Notes: generated by a model not told the origin, from the letters alone. A stretch of 64,000 nucleotides of DNA from a virus (IMGVR_UViG_3300025168_000032:32001-96000); one strand, 5' to 3'. Positions 30,392 to 39,297 are shown, numbered from the stretch's first letter. Translations and numbers: made by a program.

Positions 30392-31651
30392 ATGAAAGTT
30401 AAAATAAAAAGAAAGGCCGATGAGGGGTTAGACGAGATGTATTCGACTGCCGGTTCTTTTGGTCACTCACACGCAAACATAAGCCCAGAAGACGAACACT
30501 GTGGCCACGTAGAAAGATCAAAACACCAAGGCTTACGAAATGTCACAGAGCAGCAAGGTATTTTAGGTAAGTATGTCTGGCCATCAGCCAACCCCATGTA
30601 CGCAAATGATTTGGATATATTTGGCGAACCAGACACTGAGATAGAAAGAAAGCTTTACCTACAACTCCACAAACACTTTAATACAACAAGTCACTGGGTT
30701 AAAGAAAATGAGCCCCCGCTTGACGAGGAGAGTATTAAAGCTTTGAAATCTATATTATCATCTGGTGCATATGCCGATGATTTTAAGAAATGTGGTAACC
30801 CGGAAGCCACAATGTTGCGCGGTATGTATGTTCCTTTGGAGTGGGTAAAGAAGAATGCATCCGGGGCCCTTGAGGCAATGTCACCAGACACGGAAATTCT
30901 TAATTATAACAAGCCCTTTCCAGTTAACTTTACATACAAATCACAAGGTAAATATGGTGGAGTTAGTTCTTGGACACCAACAGAGAGAATCGCAAAGACA
31001 TTTGCATCGACAGAGAATCCGGGTGGAGAGATATCTTGTATTGTATACGCCAAATGCAACAGTGGGTTGTTTATGAACACCCAGCCGTTTGCTAAGTATA
31101 AGGGTGGAGAATACAAAAAAGATAATGGAATCAAGAAACTGAACCCAGCCAGCGTTGAGTCAGAGTTTCTGCTTTTCGGAGAATGTCAGGTTGAAGCAAT
31201 TCAACTCCGAGGCCCGAGAATATCTCAAGATACAGAAATAACACTAGAAGATCTTGACAGGATCATCGGAGAGGAAATGCAACAAGCACTTTCTGAAAAG
31301 TGTTGGCCCGGATACGAAAGAAACCCGAAAGTCGCCAAAGGTGAAAGGGGTTCCTGTAGGAAGCAGACAAACGAACAAGAGTCTGAAGCATCCTTAGAAG
31401 AGAAGACTGATTATTCTAAAGAGAAGGACTCCGGTCTACACGGTTGGTTCTCTCGCCAAGGCGGTAAAGGAAAATCACAAGGGTGGGTTGATTGTAACAC
31501 TTGCCGAAAGGACAAAAAGACAGGTAAAAAAACTTGTAAGTCCTGTGGTAGAGAAGATGGTGAAAAAAGATCTAAGTATCCGTCATGCAGGCCTACGCCG
31601 GGAGCATGCGGAACAAAAGGTAAAGGTAAAAAATGGGGGAAGAAAAAATGA
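30392..31651 (+). CDS. mosaic protein with predicted ADP-ribosyltransferase domain (R-S-E type) and Cys-rich basic C-terminal modules
   Basis: MLRGM (R at 30818), VSSWT...IAKTFA (30962-30997), ESEFLLFG (ExE 31157-31165); C-terminal KCWPGY and GLHGWF...WVDC modules. Confidence 0.65.
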   Translation: MKVKIKRKADEGLDEMYSTAGSFGHSHANISPEDEHCGHVERSKHQGLRNVTEQQGILGKYVWPSANPMYANDLDIFGEPDTEIERKLYLQLHKHFNTTSHWVKENEPPLDEESIKALKSILSSGAYADDFKKCGNPEATMLRGMYVPLEWVKKNASGALEAMSPDTEILNYNKPFPVNFTYKSQGKYGGVSSWTPTERIAKTFASTENPGGEISCIVYAKCNSGLFMNTQPFAKYKGGEYKKDNGIKKLNPASVESEFLLFGECQVEAIQLRGPRISQDTEITLEDLDRIIGEEMQQALSEKCWPGYERNPKVAKGERGSCRKQTNEQESEASLEEKTDYSKEKDSGLHGWFSRQGGKGKSQGWVDCNTCRKDKKTGKKTCKSCGREDGEKRSKYPSCRPTPGACGTKGKGKKWGKKK

Positions 31652-32208
31652 ATCTTACAAGCGAAGAAGTAGCAAGAATTATAGAGCAAGAGATAAGCGC
31701 GGTCCTTTCCGAGAAGGATGATCGCTGTACTCGTATTGCTAAACGTAAATATGATGTGTGGCCTTCTGCCTACGCCTCTGGCGCCGTTGTTAGGTGCCGC
31801 AAGGGCGAAATCTGGAAAGATGTAAAGGAAGAGGTGACCGATGATGAGGAGGGCGAACTCGAAGATATTGAGGACGAGTTGAAGAATGCCTCGAAAATGC
31901 ATAAAGGCCAAGCCGATAGGATTGACAAGGTCCTAAAAGAAGACGAGCTTGATGAAGAAGAAAAGAAGGCTTGTAAACCTTCTAAGGGCAAACGTTTCGC
32001 AAAAAGGGTTGACGGTAAGTGTCGCTCATTCGGACAAAAAGGGCAAGCCAAAGGCGGGGGAGATAGAATCAGACCCGGCACAAAGAAGGGTGATGCCTAC
32101 TGTGCGAGATCCGCAAAAATTAAAAAATGTAAAAACCCACCTTGTGCCAATACCCTGTCCAGAAAGAAATGGAAGTGCCGTGGTTCTAAATCAGTAGCTG
32201 AGGAATAA
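31648..32208 (+). CDS. Cys/Lys-rich modular protein, putative internal head protein
   Basis: ATGA overlap; MNLTSEEVARIIEQEI N-terminus; YDVWPSAYASGAVVRCRK and GDAYCARS modules. Confidence 0.55.
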   Translation: MNLTSEEVARIIEQEISAVLSEKDDRCTRIAKRKYDVWPSAYASGAVVRCRKGEIWKDVKEEVTDDEEGELEDIEDELKNASKMHKGQADRIDKVLKEDELDEEEKKACKPSKGKRFAKRVDGKCRSFGQKGQAKGGGDRIRPGTKKGDAYCARSAKIKKCKNPPCANTLSRKKWKCRGSKSVAEE

Positions 32209-32211
32209 AAC

Positions 32212-32631
32212 ATGATAAGAGTTAAAATCATAAAAGCAATAAAAAAGATATTATGCCCGGAAGCAACCCAAGATCTTGAGTTGAATACTAAAAACAGAGA
32301 CGCAGCAATCAAAGCCGAGCACATACAGTACGGTCCTCTTAACGTTGACCAGCCCGGCAGCTACTGGAAAGAGATCGCGGATTATTGGAATACTGAAGAA
32401 GAAGCAGCAAAAAAGTCTCTTTGTGGCAACTGTGTCGCTTTCGACATCAGCCCAAGAATGGACAAGTGTATGCCCGGCCCTGTATCAGATGACGACGGTA
32501 GGCTGGGGTATTGTTGGATGCACCATTTCAAGTGCCATAGTGCTCGTGCTTGTAGAACGTGGGCGAAAGGCGGCCCAATCGCAAAAGACGAGATATCGCA
32601 TGAGTGGCAAGAGAAGAACAAAGGAAACTAA
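32212..32631 (+). CDS. Cys-rich putative metal-binding protein
   Basis: CGNCVAF...GYCW...FKC...CRTW. Confidence 0.6.
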   Translation: MIRVKIIKAIKKILCPEATQDLELNTKNRDAAIKAEHIQYGPLNVDQPGSYWKEIADYWNTEEEAAKKSLCGNCVAFDISPRMDKCMPGPVSDDDGRLGYCWMHHFKCHSARACRTWAKGGPIAKDEISHEWQEKNKGN

Positions 32632-32633
32632 AA

Positions 32634-33236
32634 ATGCTAACGGCAATGGGCGATGTGATGAGAACAGCGTATGAGAAGGGCTGGATAACCACGAGAGATG
32701 GCAACATCTCTCTTTGTCGTCATGGGAAAGACACCATGTACATTACACCATCAGGTTGGCGCAAAACGATTATACACCCAGAACACATGTTAAAGGTGGC
32801 GTTCGACAACACTGACCACTATGTTCTTGGAGAAAACAACTCTAAACCTTCCGGTGAATTGGAGATGCATTTGATGCTACAGAGAAGTTACAAAGCTACA
32901 AGGGCGGTTGTACATCTTCACCCAACAAATATCATTGCAGCAATGTATGCCGGCTGGGATCTTCAAATACTAGCAGCAGAGTTTCCTGAAGTCAGCAGGT
33001 ATACGAGGGTGGGTCCCTCAGTTCCTGTTTTGCCTGTAACGAGTTCCGAATTGGCTTTTGCAACGTATGGTGCCATGACTAAGGACCGCAAAATTATCTA
33101 TGATATTGTTGGACAAGCCGCTCACGGTGTGTGCTCAGTGGGAAAAAACCCATGGGATGCTTTTGAGCATATCGAGAGATTGGAGCATATTTGCGAGATC
33201 GCTCTTAGAAGCGGTGTTACCCCAAAGAGCAAATAA
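32634..33236 (+). CDS. class II aldolase/adducin family protein
   Basis: DGNIS, ITPSG, PSGE (catalytic Glu), HLH and AHG Zn ligands; start at ATG 32634 after upstream stop. Confidence 0.88.
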   Translation: MLTAMGDVMRTAYEKGWITTRDGNISLCRHGKDTMYITPSGWRKTIIHPEHMLKVAFDNTDHYVLGENNSKPSGELEMHLMLQRSYKATRAVVHLHPTNIIAAMYAGWDLQILAAEFPEVSRYTRVGPSVPVLPVTSSELAFATYGAMTKDRKIIYDIVGQAAHGVCSVGKNPWDAFEHIERLEHICEIALRSGVTPKSK

Positions 33237-33241
33237 GTTAT

Positions 33242-33269
33242 TTGACAAGTTTAACAAACGTGTTATATT
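33242..33269 (+). promoter_or_regulatory. sigma70-type promoter
   Basis: TTGACA (33242-33247), 16 nt, TATATT with TGn extension; SD GGAGG then ATG 33292. Confidence 0.7.
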
Positions 33270-33291
33270 CCAAGAGTACATCGGAGGTACC

Positions 33292-33756
33292 ATGAATATT
33301 TTTGTTTTACATACAGATCCAAGTATTGCAGCCCAAATGCAATGTGATAAGCACGTTGTCAAAATGATCCTTGAGACAGCACAAATGCTTTGCACCATTG
33401 CACATGCTAATGACTTCACCGCCCCATACAAAGCCACACACAAAAAACATCCTTGTACGCTGTGGGCTGCTAAGTCCAAGCAAAATTGGGATTGGCTTGT
33501 TAAACATGGTATGGCACTATGCCACGAATACACTAAACGCTATGGCAAGATTCATAAATCACAGCAACATATTGAGTGGTGCGGCTCTCTTACCATCAAC
33601 CTTCCAAGCACAGGTCTGTTGCCCTTCGCGCAAGCAATGCCAGTAGAGTACAAAAATCCTTGTGCTGTGACTGCGTATCGTGCCTATTATCATGGCGAGA
33701 AGGCTCGCTTTGCAAAGTGGAAAACACAGCCACCAAATTGGTGGAGGCCCCAGTGA
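33292..33756 (+). CDS. pyrimidine dimer DNA glycosylase/endonuclease V-like protein
   Basis: MNIFVL...CDKHVVKMILETAQML...HPCTLW...EYTKRYGKIHK...QAMP...AYRAYY; true start 33292 after GGAGG. Confidence 0.8.
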   Translation: MNIFVLHTDPSIAAQMQCDKHVVKMILETAQMLCTIAHANDFTAPYKATHKKHPCTLWAAKSKQNWDWLVKHGMALCHEYTKRYGKIHKSQQHIEWCGSLTINLPSTGLLPFAQAMPVEYKNPCAVTAYRAYYHGEKARFAKWKTQPPNWWRPQ

Positions 33757-33938
33757 AAATTGGTGATCTGGTTAAAGGTAAATATTCAGGAAGAATAGGG
33801 ATTATAGTCTCAGATCCCATTAGGTTTATTAGAGAGAGCAAAATTATAAAATCGTTTGTAGCTGTACTATGGTCAGACGGTGATTATTCACAAAGCTACG
33901 AATCAGAATACTTGGAGGTAATAAATGAAAATCGGTGA
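33753..33938 (+). CDS. small SH3/KOW-like protein (MKIGDLV family)
   Basis: GTG start in GTGA overlap; MKIGDLVK...GIIV...AVLW...YLEVINENR. Confidence 0.65.
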   Translation: MKIGDLVKGKYSGRIGIIVSDPIRFIRESKIIKSFVAVLWSDGDYSQSYESEYLEVINENR

Positions 33939-34092
33939 TAGTGTTATAAGAAAGTGGAAACCTGCGTTAGGCGAAGGAAAGATAGTACATCTATTAGGTG
34001 AAACGATCGTTGTCAAATGGTTTTGTGATGATATGCCAAGACTAGAATTCGAAGAAAAGAAATACTTGAAGGTGATAAATGAAAGTCGGTGA
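33925..34092 (+). CDS. small SH3/KOW-like protein (55 aa), not in ORF track
   Basis: MKIGDSVIRKWKPALGEGKIVHLLGETIVVKWFCDDMPRLEFEEKKYLKVINESR; SD GGAGGT. Confidence 0.7.
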   Translation: MKIGDSVIRKWKPALGEGKIVHLLGETIVVKWFCDDMPRLEFEEKKYLKVINESR

Positions 34093-34261
34093 TAGAGTTA
34101 GAATGTCCCCTATGTGGAAATACGATGAAGCATTTGGAACCATAAAGCAAATAAAAAAAACCGGGCATGTTGTGGTGGTGTGGGATGATATCAACGGACA
34201 ATGGTATTACACAACCACACAAGCAGAAAGACTGGAGGTGATAGATGGAAGAAAAGATTAA
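34079..34261 (+). CDS. small SH3/KOW-like protein (MKVGDRV)
   Basis: MKVGDRV...GTI...VVVW...RLEVID. Confidence 0.7.
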   Translation: MKVGDRVRMSPMWKYDEAFGTIKQIKKTGHVVVVWDDINGQWYYTTTQAERLEVIDGRKD

Positions 34262-35183
34262 AATAATGTCTGAAATCTTAGGAAGCCCAAGGCAAAGTAA
34301 TTCCGAATTTTTATATCATTGCCCGTATTGTAATCATCATAAGAAGAAGATGTCCCTGAATTATAAGAAGGGCTTTTTCAAATGTTGGATTTGTGATCGC
34401 ACTGGTAAAAGTATTTATCGTATCGTCCGCAAGTTCGGAACCTACCAACAAAGACAGAAGTGGCTTGAGCTTGAAGGCAGACTCGACCTATCAGAGTTTG
34501 ACCAAATCTTCAATGAAATCAACAACATAGAAGAAGAGCAGGTGATCTCCTTACCAGAGGAATTCATTTCGCTCTGCAACAAGCATCTGCCTCGGTCTTC
34601 GAAGAAAGCTCTCGATTACCTCAAAAGCAGAGATATCGGTAAGAAAGAGATTCTGCGATGGAAGATTGGCTACTGTCCCGAGGGTCGTTACGGGGGTCGC
34701 ACTATCATACCTTCCTTCAATAACAAAGGGGACATAAATTATTTTATCGCCAGATCTTACGTCGGCCACAAATGGAGGTACCTCAACCCTCCGGCAGAAA
34801 GGGACATAATTTTCAACGAATTATATGTAGACTGGGATGAACCGATAGTCTTAGTAGAAGGGGTTTTTGATGCTATTTCGGCCGGGGAAAACGCCATCCC
34901 TGTGTTGGGCTCTACTCTCCGAGACAAAGCAAAGCTATTCCAAGCAATCGCTCTCAACGACACCCCGGTTTATCTAGCTTTTGATCAAGATGTTGAAAAA
35001 AAGACTGGACAAATCATTAAAAATATGCTATACTATGATATTGAGTTATACAAGATTGATACGAGTGGCTTTGAGGACATTGCCGAAATGCCGCCACGGA
35101 TTTTTGCATCTCGAAAGCAAATGGCACAAGCGATTGACCATGATGATTATTTTTTGATGGATGAGCTTAGGAGGATAATGTGA
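34245..35183 (+). CDS. DNA primase (Zn finger + TOPRIM)
   Basis: CPYC...CWIC Zn finger; VEGVFDA and LAFDQD TOPRIM motifs; EDIAEM. Confidence 0.9.
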   Translation: MEEKIKIMSEILGSPRQSNSEFLYHCPYCNHHKKKMSLNYKKGFFKCWICDRTGKSIYRIVRKFGTYQQRQKWLELEGRLDLSEFDQIFNEINNIEEEQVISLPEEFISLCNKHLPRSSKKALDYLKSRDIGKKEILRWKIGYCPEGRYGGRTIIPSFNNKGDINYFIARSYVGHKWRYLNPPAERDIIFNELYVDWDEPIVLVEGVFDAISAGENAIPVLGSTLRDKAKLFQAIALNDTPVYLAFDQDVEKKTGQIIKNMLYYDIELYKIDTSGFEDIAEMPPRIFASRKQMAQAIDHDDYFLMDELRRIM

Positions 35184-35392
35184 GAGAATTAGATTTACAT
35201 GGAGCGAATTATGAAGAAGTTGTCATCAAATGTCACCGGTTTATAAACGAGAACTGGGGCAAACGGATGACAATTGTAACAGGCAAGTCAGATGAGATGA
35301 AAAGACTTGTAGCGAAAATCATAGACACGTATAGGCTTGAATACCATATTGGTGGAGCATCAGGTACTGACGGTCGCATAACAATCCGATAG
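35180..35392 (+). CDS. stand-alone Smr-domain protein
   Basis: LDLHG and IVTGK motifs in a 70-aa ORF; GTG start after GGAGG. Confidence 0.7.
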   Translation: MRELDLHGANYEEVVIKCHRFINENWGKRMTIVTGKSDEMKRLVAKIIDTYRLEYHIGGASGTDGRITIR

Positions 35393-35400
35393 GAGGATAA

Positions 35401-38400
35401 ATGTTTAAAATTGCACATATGGCGGATATTCATATCCGGAACTTAAAATATCATGATGAATACAGGGCGGTCTTTGACAAAATGTATGAATCTCTACTCG
35501 AACAGCAAGTAGATTATATTACGGTCTGTGGCGATATCGCCCATACGAAGACCCAACTTAGCCCAGAGTATTTTCAACTCTGCACTGAATATTTGCTTGG
35601 TCTTGCTAATATAGCACCAACAATTGTTATTGCCGGCAACCATGATGGTAACCTTAAGAATGCAGACCGCCAAGATGCAATAACACCTATTGTTAACGCA
35701 CTTAAGCATCCGAACCTTCATTACTTAAAAGATTCTGGTGAGTTTAAACCAGCCGCTGGTATTATTTTCAACGTACTTTCGATTTTTGATCGAGATAATT
35801 GGGTCAAACCCTCAAGCTCAGATGATATCAACATCGCTTTATATCACGGTGCGATGGTTGGTAGTATGACTGGTGCGAATTGGGCGATGGACCACGGCGA
35901 CGATGACATAAGTATATTCCAAGATTTTGACTTTGCTATGCTTGGTGATATCCATCGGGAGCAAAAATTAGATCCTGAAGGGAGGGTTCGTTACTCTGGG
36001 AGTTTAGTGCAACAAAAGTTCAGCGAAAGTCCACTGAAAGGTTATTTGTTGTGGAACATAACCTCAAAAGACGACTTTGAGGTTAAAAAGGTACACCTAT
36101 CTAACCCAAGGCCTTTTATTACAATACGCCTAAATAAAGATGGGACTATTCCAAAAGAGGTACACGTTCCAAGAAATTGCCGCCTTCGTCTCGTCTCGTC
36201 TACCAACTTGCCGTCGGATAAACTCCGTAAAGCAAGAGCAATAGCAGAAGCAAATTGGAGACCTTTTTCTATTACTACATTAAATGGAAAAGAATCTTTT
36301 TCCTCAAACGATGGTACATATGCCAATGTAGTTCTTAAGGAAAACTTAAGAGATATTAGAGTTCAAGAAACATATATAAAAGACTATTTATCAGGGATGG
36401 AACTGGACAATTCGGTAATTGACAAAGTTCTAGATCACAATAAAAAGTACGATATTATAGCACAGAAAAACGAGGAGGTATCAAGAAATGTTGTTTGGAA
36501 AATCAAAGAAGTCGAGTGGGATAACTTGTTTAATTACGGAGAAAAAAATAAAATCAATTTTGAGAGACTCAACGGGCTTGTTGGTGTCTTCGGCCGTAAT
36601 TATTCCGGTAAGTCTAGTATTGTTGACAGCCTTTTATTCACGTTGTTTAATTCAACCTCGAAAGGCGAGCGAAAGAACGTACACATAATTAACCAAAACA
36701 AACAGAAAGCCAATGGCAAAATTCAAATTCAAATTGGGGAAAACACATACCAGATATGTCGTAATATAGAAAAATACACAAAACGACTAAAGGGTAAAGA
36801 AACGCAAGAGGCCAAGGTTGATTTGGACTTTTCTCTAATTTCCAGCAACGAGAGTTTGAACGGAACTACCCGAAATGAAACAGATGCCAATATCCGTAAG
36901 AGGTTTGGTACCATTGAAGATTTCCTCCTAACGTCAATGTCATCTCAACTTGACTCTCTCTCTTTTGTTAAAGAGGGCTCAACAAAGCGAAAAGAGATTC
37001 TTGCTAAGTTTCTTGATCTTGAGATTTTTGACAAAAAGTTTAAGATGGCCAAGAAAGATGCCGCAGAGATGCGTGGTGTCATGAAGAGAATGCAAGAGAA
37101 ACAATGGGACCGACAGATTGCCAAAAATCAAGAAATAATAAAAGAGATTGAAGAAGATCGACAAACCCAGAATAGTTTGTGTGATAAATTGTCAGAACAA
37201 TCCAACAATTTAAATGCTAGCTTTTTGGCGTTGACAAGCCAGATTGACAAAATCCCGGCAGAAATTATTGATATCAATAAAGTTAACCGCCTTATAATTC
37301 AAAAGAACAAGAACAAAGAGACTTTACTAGAAAATAATTTAGATATTTCTAGTAAAATAGAGCAAGCTAAAAAAGCAATAAAAAATTGCGAGACGATTAT
37401 CAAGAGCACAAACATAGAGGCTTTAAAGTATGCGAAAGCACAACAAGCAAGTATGGATTTGGAATTGAACAATGTTAAGGCTAAGGCCACCTCATTAACG
37501 AAAGAACGTAACAATTTGCAAAAGAAGATAAAGATGCTTCATAATCACAAATACGATCCGGACTGCGAATACTGCTCTGATAACAAATTTGTTAAAGATG
37601 CTAAAATTGCTGCAAAAAACCTTCCTGACCTTGAAGGGCGTATATCGCGCCTAGACACTGTGAGGGGCGATTTACTGAGCGAAATAGGCGATCTAGATAT
37701 ATCCTCGGTAGAAGATCAAATGGAGAAGTATAATGTTTTTATCTCCAAACATAGAGAGTCCAATAGGGTGGTCGAGACTCAAAGTCTGACCTTGGTTTCA
37801 AACAAAAATAAAATTAAATTGTTAATCAACGAAGTTTCAGCACTAGATGTAAAAGTTACAGAGTATGAAGATAATCGTGAGGCTATTGAAAATCTTGAAG
37901 CCCTGATAGAAGAAAAGCAGGGTCTAGTTGATTCTTTACAAAATAAAAAAGTTAGACTCAATAAGTGTAAGAAGAAACTTCAGGATCTCCTTGTAGAAGA
38001 GAGCGCTACCAAGCAGATACTCAAAACCCTGAAGGAAGGAAAGGCAGAGATGGAAGATGTGGAGAAGGACTGGACAGCATATGATTTGTTCATCCAGTGT
38101 ATGCACCCCAATGGTATTCCGTATGCAATTATCAAAAAGCGCCTTCCCCTCTTAAATGAGGAGATCAGTAAAATACTTGAAAATATTGTTGATTTCGAGG
38201 TGTTCTTTATTAACAGCGACAAGACATTGGACATTATGATTAAGCACCCGTCTTATGATCCTCGCCCCCTGTCTATGGGCTCCGGAGCAGAGAAAACTCT
38301 AGCCTCAATGGCTATAAGACTCGCACTGATATCTGTTACGAATTTGCCAAAGAGTGAACTATTTATTCTTGATGAACCAGCAACTGCTTTAGATCAAGAT

Positions 38401-38550
38401 CACATGGAAGGTTTTACAAATCTTTTAAGATTAATTAAAAATCAATTTAAGACTGTAATATTAATCTCGCATCTTGATTCTTTAAAAGACGTTGTTGATA
38501 CCACAATCGACATATCAAAGGTTGATGGTTACGCGAAAGTCAATACATAA
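35401..38550 (+). CDS. fused SbcD/Mre11 nuclease - SbcC/Rad50 ATPase (gp47-gp46-like)
   Basis: ADIH, GDIAH, GNHD, LGDIH phosphoesterase motifs; GRNYSGKSS Walker A, coiled coil with CEYC hook, SGAE signature, LDEP Walker B, ISH. Confidence 0.92.
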   Translation: MFKIAHMADIHIRNLKYHDEYRAVFDKMYESLLEQQVDYITVCGDIAHTKTQLSPEYFQLCTEYLLGLANIAPTIVIAGNHDGNLKNADRQDAITPIVNALKHPNLHYLKDSGEFKPAAGIIFNVLSIFDRDNWVKPSSSDDINIALYHGAMVGSMTGANWAMDHGDDDISIFQDFDFAMLGDIHREQKLDPEGRVRYSGSLVQQKFSESPLKGYLLWNITSKDDFEVKKVHLSNPRPFITIRLNKDGTIPKEVHVPRNCRLRLVSSTNLPSDKLRKARAIAEANWRPFSITTLNGKESFSSNDGTYANVVLKENLRDIRVQETYIKDYLSGMELDNSVIDKVLDHNKKYDIIAQKNEEVSRNVVWKIKEVEWDNLFNYGEKNKINFERLNGLVGVFGRNYSGKSSIVDSLLFTLFNSTSKGERKNVHIINQNKQKANGKIQIQIGENTYQICRNIEKYTKRLKGKETQEAKVDLDFSLISSNESLNGTTRNETDANIRKRFGTIEDFLLTSMSSQLDSLSFVKEGSTKRKEILAKFLDLEIFDKKFKMAKKDAAEMRGVMKRMQEKQWDRQIAKNQEIIKEIEEDRQTQNSLCDKLSEQSNNLNASFLALTSQIDKIPAEIIDINKVNRLIIQKNKNKETLLENNLDISSKIEQAKKAIKNCETIIKSTNIEALKYAKAQQASMDLELNNVKAKATSLTKERNNLQKKIKMLHNHKYDPDCEYCSDNKFVKDAKIAAKNLPDLEGRISRLDTVRGDLLSEIGDLDISSVEDQMEKYNVFISKHRESNRVVETQSLTLVSNKNKIKLLINEVSALDVKVTEYEDNREAIENLEALIEEKQGLVDSLQNKKVRLNKCKKKLQDLLVEESATKQILKTLKEGKAEMEDVEKDWTAYDLFIQCMHPNGIPYAIIKKRLPLLNEEISKILENIVDFEVFFINSDKTLDIMIKHPSYDPRPLSMGSGAEKTLASMAIRLALISVTNLPKSELFILDEPATALDQDHMEGFTNLLRLIKNQFKTVILISHLDSLKDVVDTTIDISKVDGYAKVNT

Positions 38551-38563
38551 AAGGAGAGTGCTG

Positions 38564-38980
38564 ATGAGGTTAACAAAAGAAATATTAACGCGAATTATTA
38601 AAGAAGAGCTAGAAGCTGTTCTCGATCAACAATCCCCGTTCGTTATCGAAGAGGGAAGATTCGAAGAAGATCCTAAATTTGCTGAAGATATGAAACTTCT
38701 TGGAAAAGACCTAGGGAGGCTTATACCAATGCTAAAAACTAGAGACCCGAAGGAGTCAGACAGGCTAAACCTACCCAGCTTGGGATTAGAGTTCAGAGGA
38801 GTTGCTGGTGGTGCAATGAGGCCTTGTGATTTTTCCAATCGGTTGCAAAGCATTTTTAATTCCTTTGGTATGATGCCCGGACAAGCACAGGCCGGTGTCA
38901 CGAATTGGCTTAAAAAATATCCGATGTGTGGAACTAATTTGCCACAATCTGAAGAAATACAAAGGGAGGTTAAGGAATAA
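38564..38980 (+). CDS. hypothetical protein with MxLTxxxLxxIIxEE N-terminus
   Basis: ATG 38564 after AGGAG; MRLTKEILTRIIKEELEAVL. Confidence 0.65.
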   Translation: MRLTKEILTRIIKEELEAVLDQQSPFVIEEGRFEEDPKFAEDMKLLGKDLGRLIPMLKTRDPKESDRLNLPSLGLEFRGVAGGAMRPCDFSNRLQSIFNSFGMMPGQAQAGVTNWLKKYPMCGTNLPQSEEIQREVKE

Positions 38981-39297
38981 TGAGTGAACAAAATGATATT
39001 GAAAAAAAAGAATTATGCTGTGATGCAGATTGCTGCAAAGAAGATTGCCGCTGTAAAGAGGTCTGTTGTAATAAAGATTGCCAAGGCGACAATAAAGTCG
39101 AGAACAAATTGGGTTGGGCTGACAGGTTTATGGGAAAGTTTATGTCTCGTAAGCTTCTTGTGTTTTCAACAGCGACAGTATTACTATACCTTTCTGAGCT
39201 AGACGCTGAGACGTGGGGACTAATCGCAGTTATTTATGTCGGTGGCCAGTCGGTTATCGATGCAGTTAAGACATACAAGTATGGCGATAGGGCGTGA
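38980..39297 (+). CDS. holin-like membrane protein with Cys-rich N-terminus
   Basis: SRKLLVFSTATVLLYL and WGLIAVIYVGGQSVID hydrophobic segments; 8 Cys in N-terminal ~35 aa. Confidence 0.5.
   Translation: MSEQNDIEKKELCCDADCCKEDCRCKEVCCNKDCQGDNKVENKLGWADRFMGKFMSRKLLVFSTATVLLYLSELDAETWGLIAVIYVGGQSVIDAVKTYKYGDRA

Noticed and set aside
31620-31655. Programmed frameshift fusing the 30392 and 31648 ORFs at A-rich runs
   Set aside because: A plain ATGA coupling explains it, the downstream ORF has its own N-terminal motif, and no stimulatory structure is evident
32604-33752. Long ORF-track starts at 32604, 33100 and 33576 (also 38492, 41468, 46476)
   Set aside because: They extend deep into upstream genes; downstream starts have SDs or stop-start overlaps and match family N-termini
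35401-38550. Eukaryotic giant virus origin suggested by the Mre11-Rad50 fusion
   Set aside because: T4-like terminase, portal, protease and baseplate, SD sites, sigma70 promoters and bS21 indicate a bacteriophage
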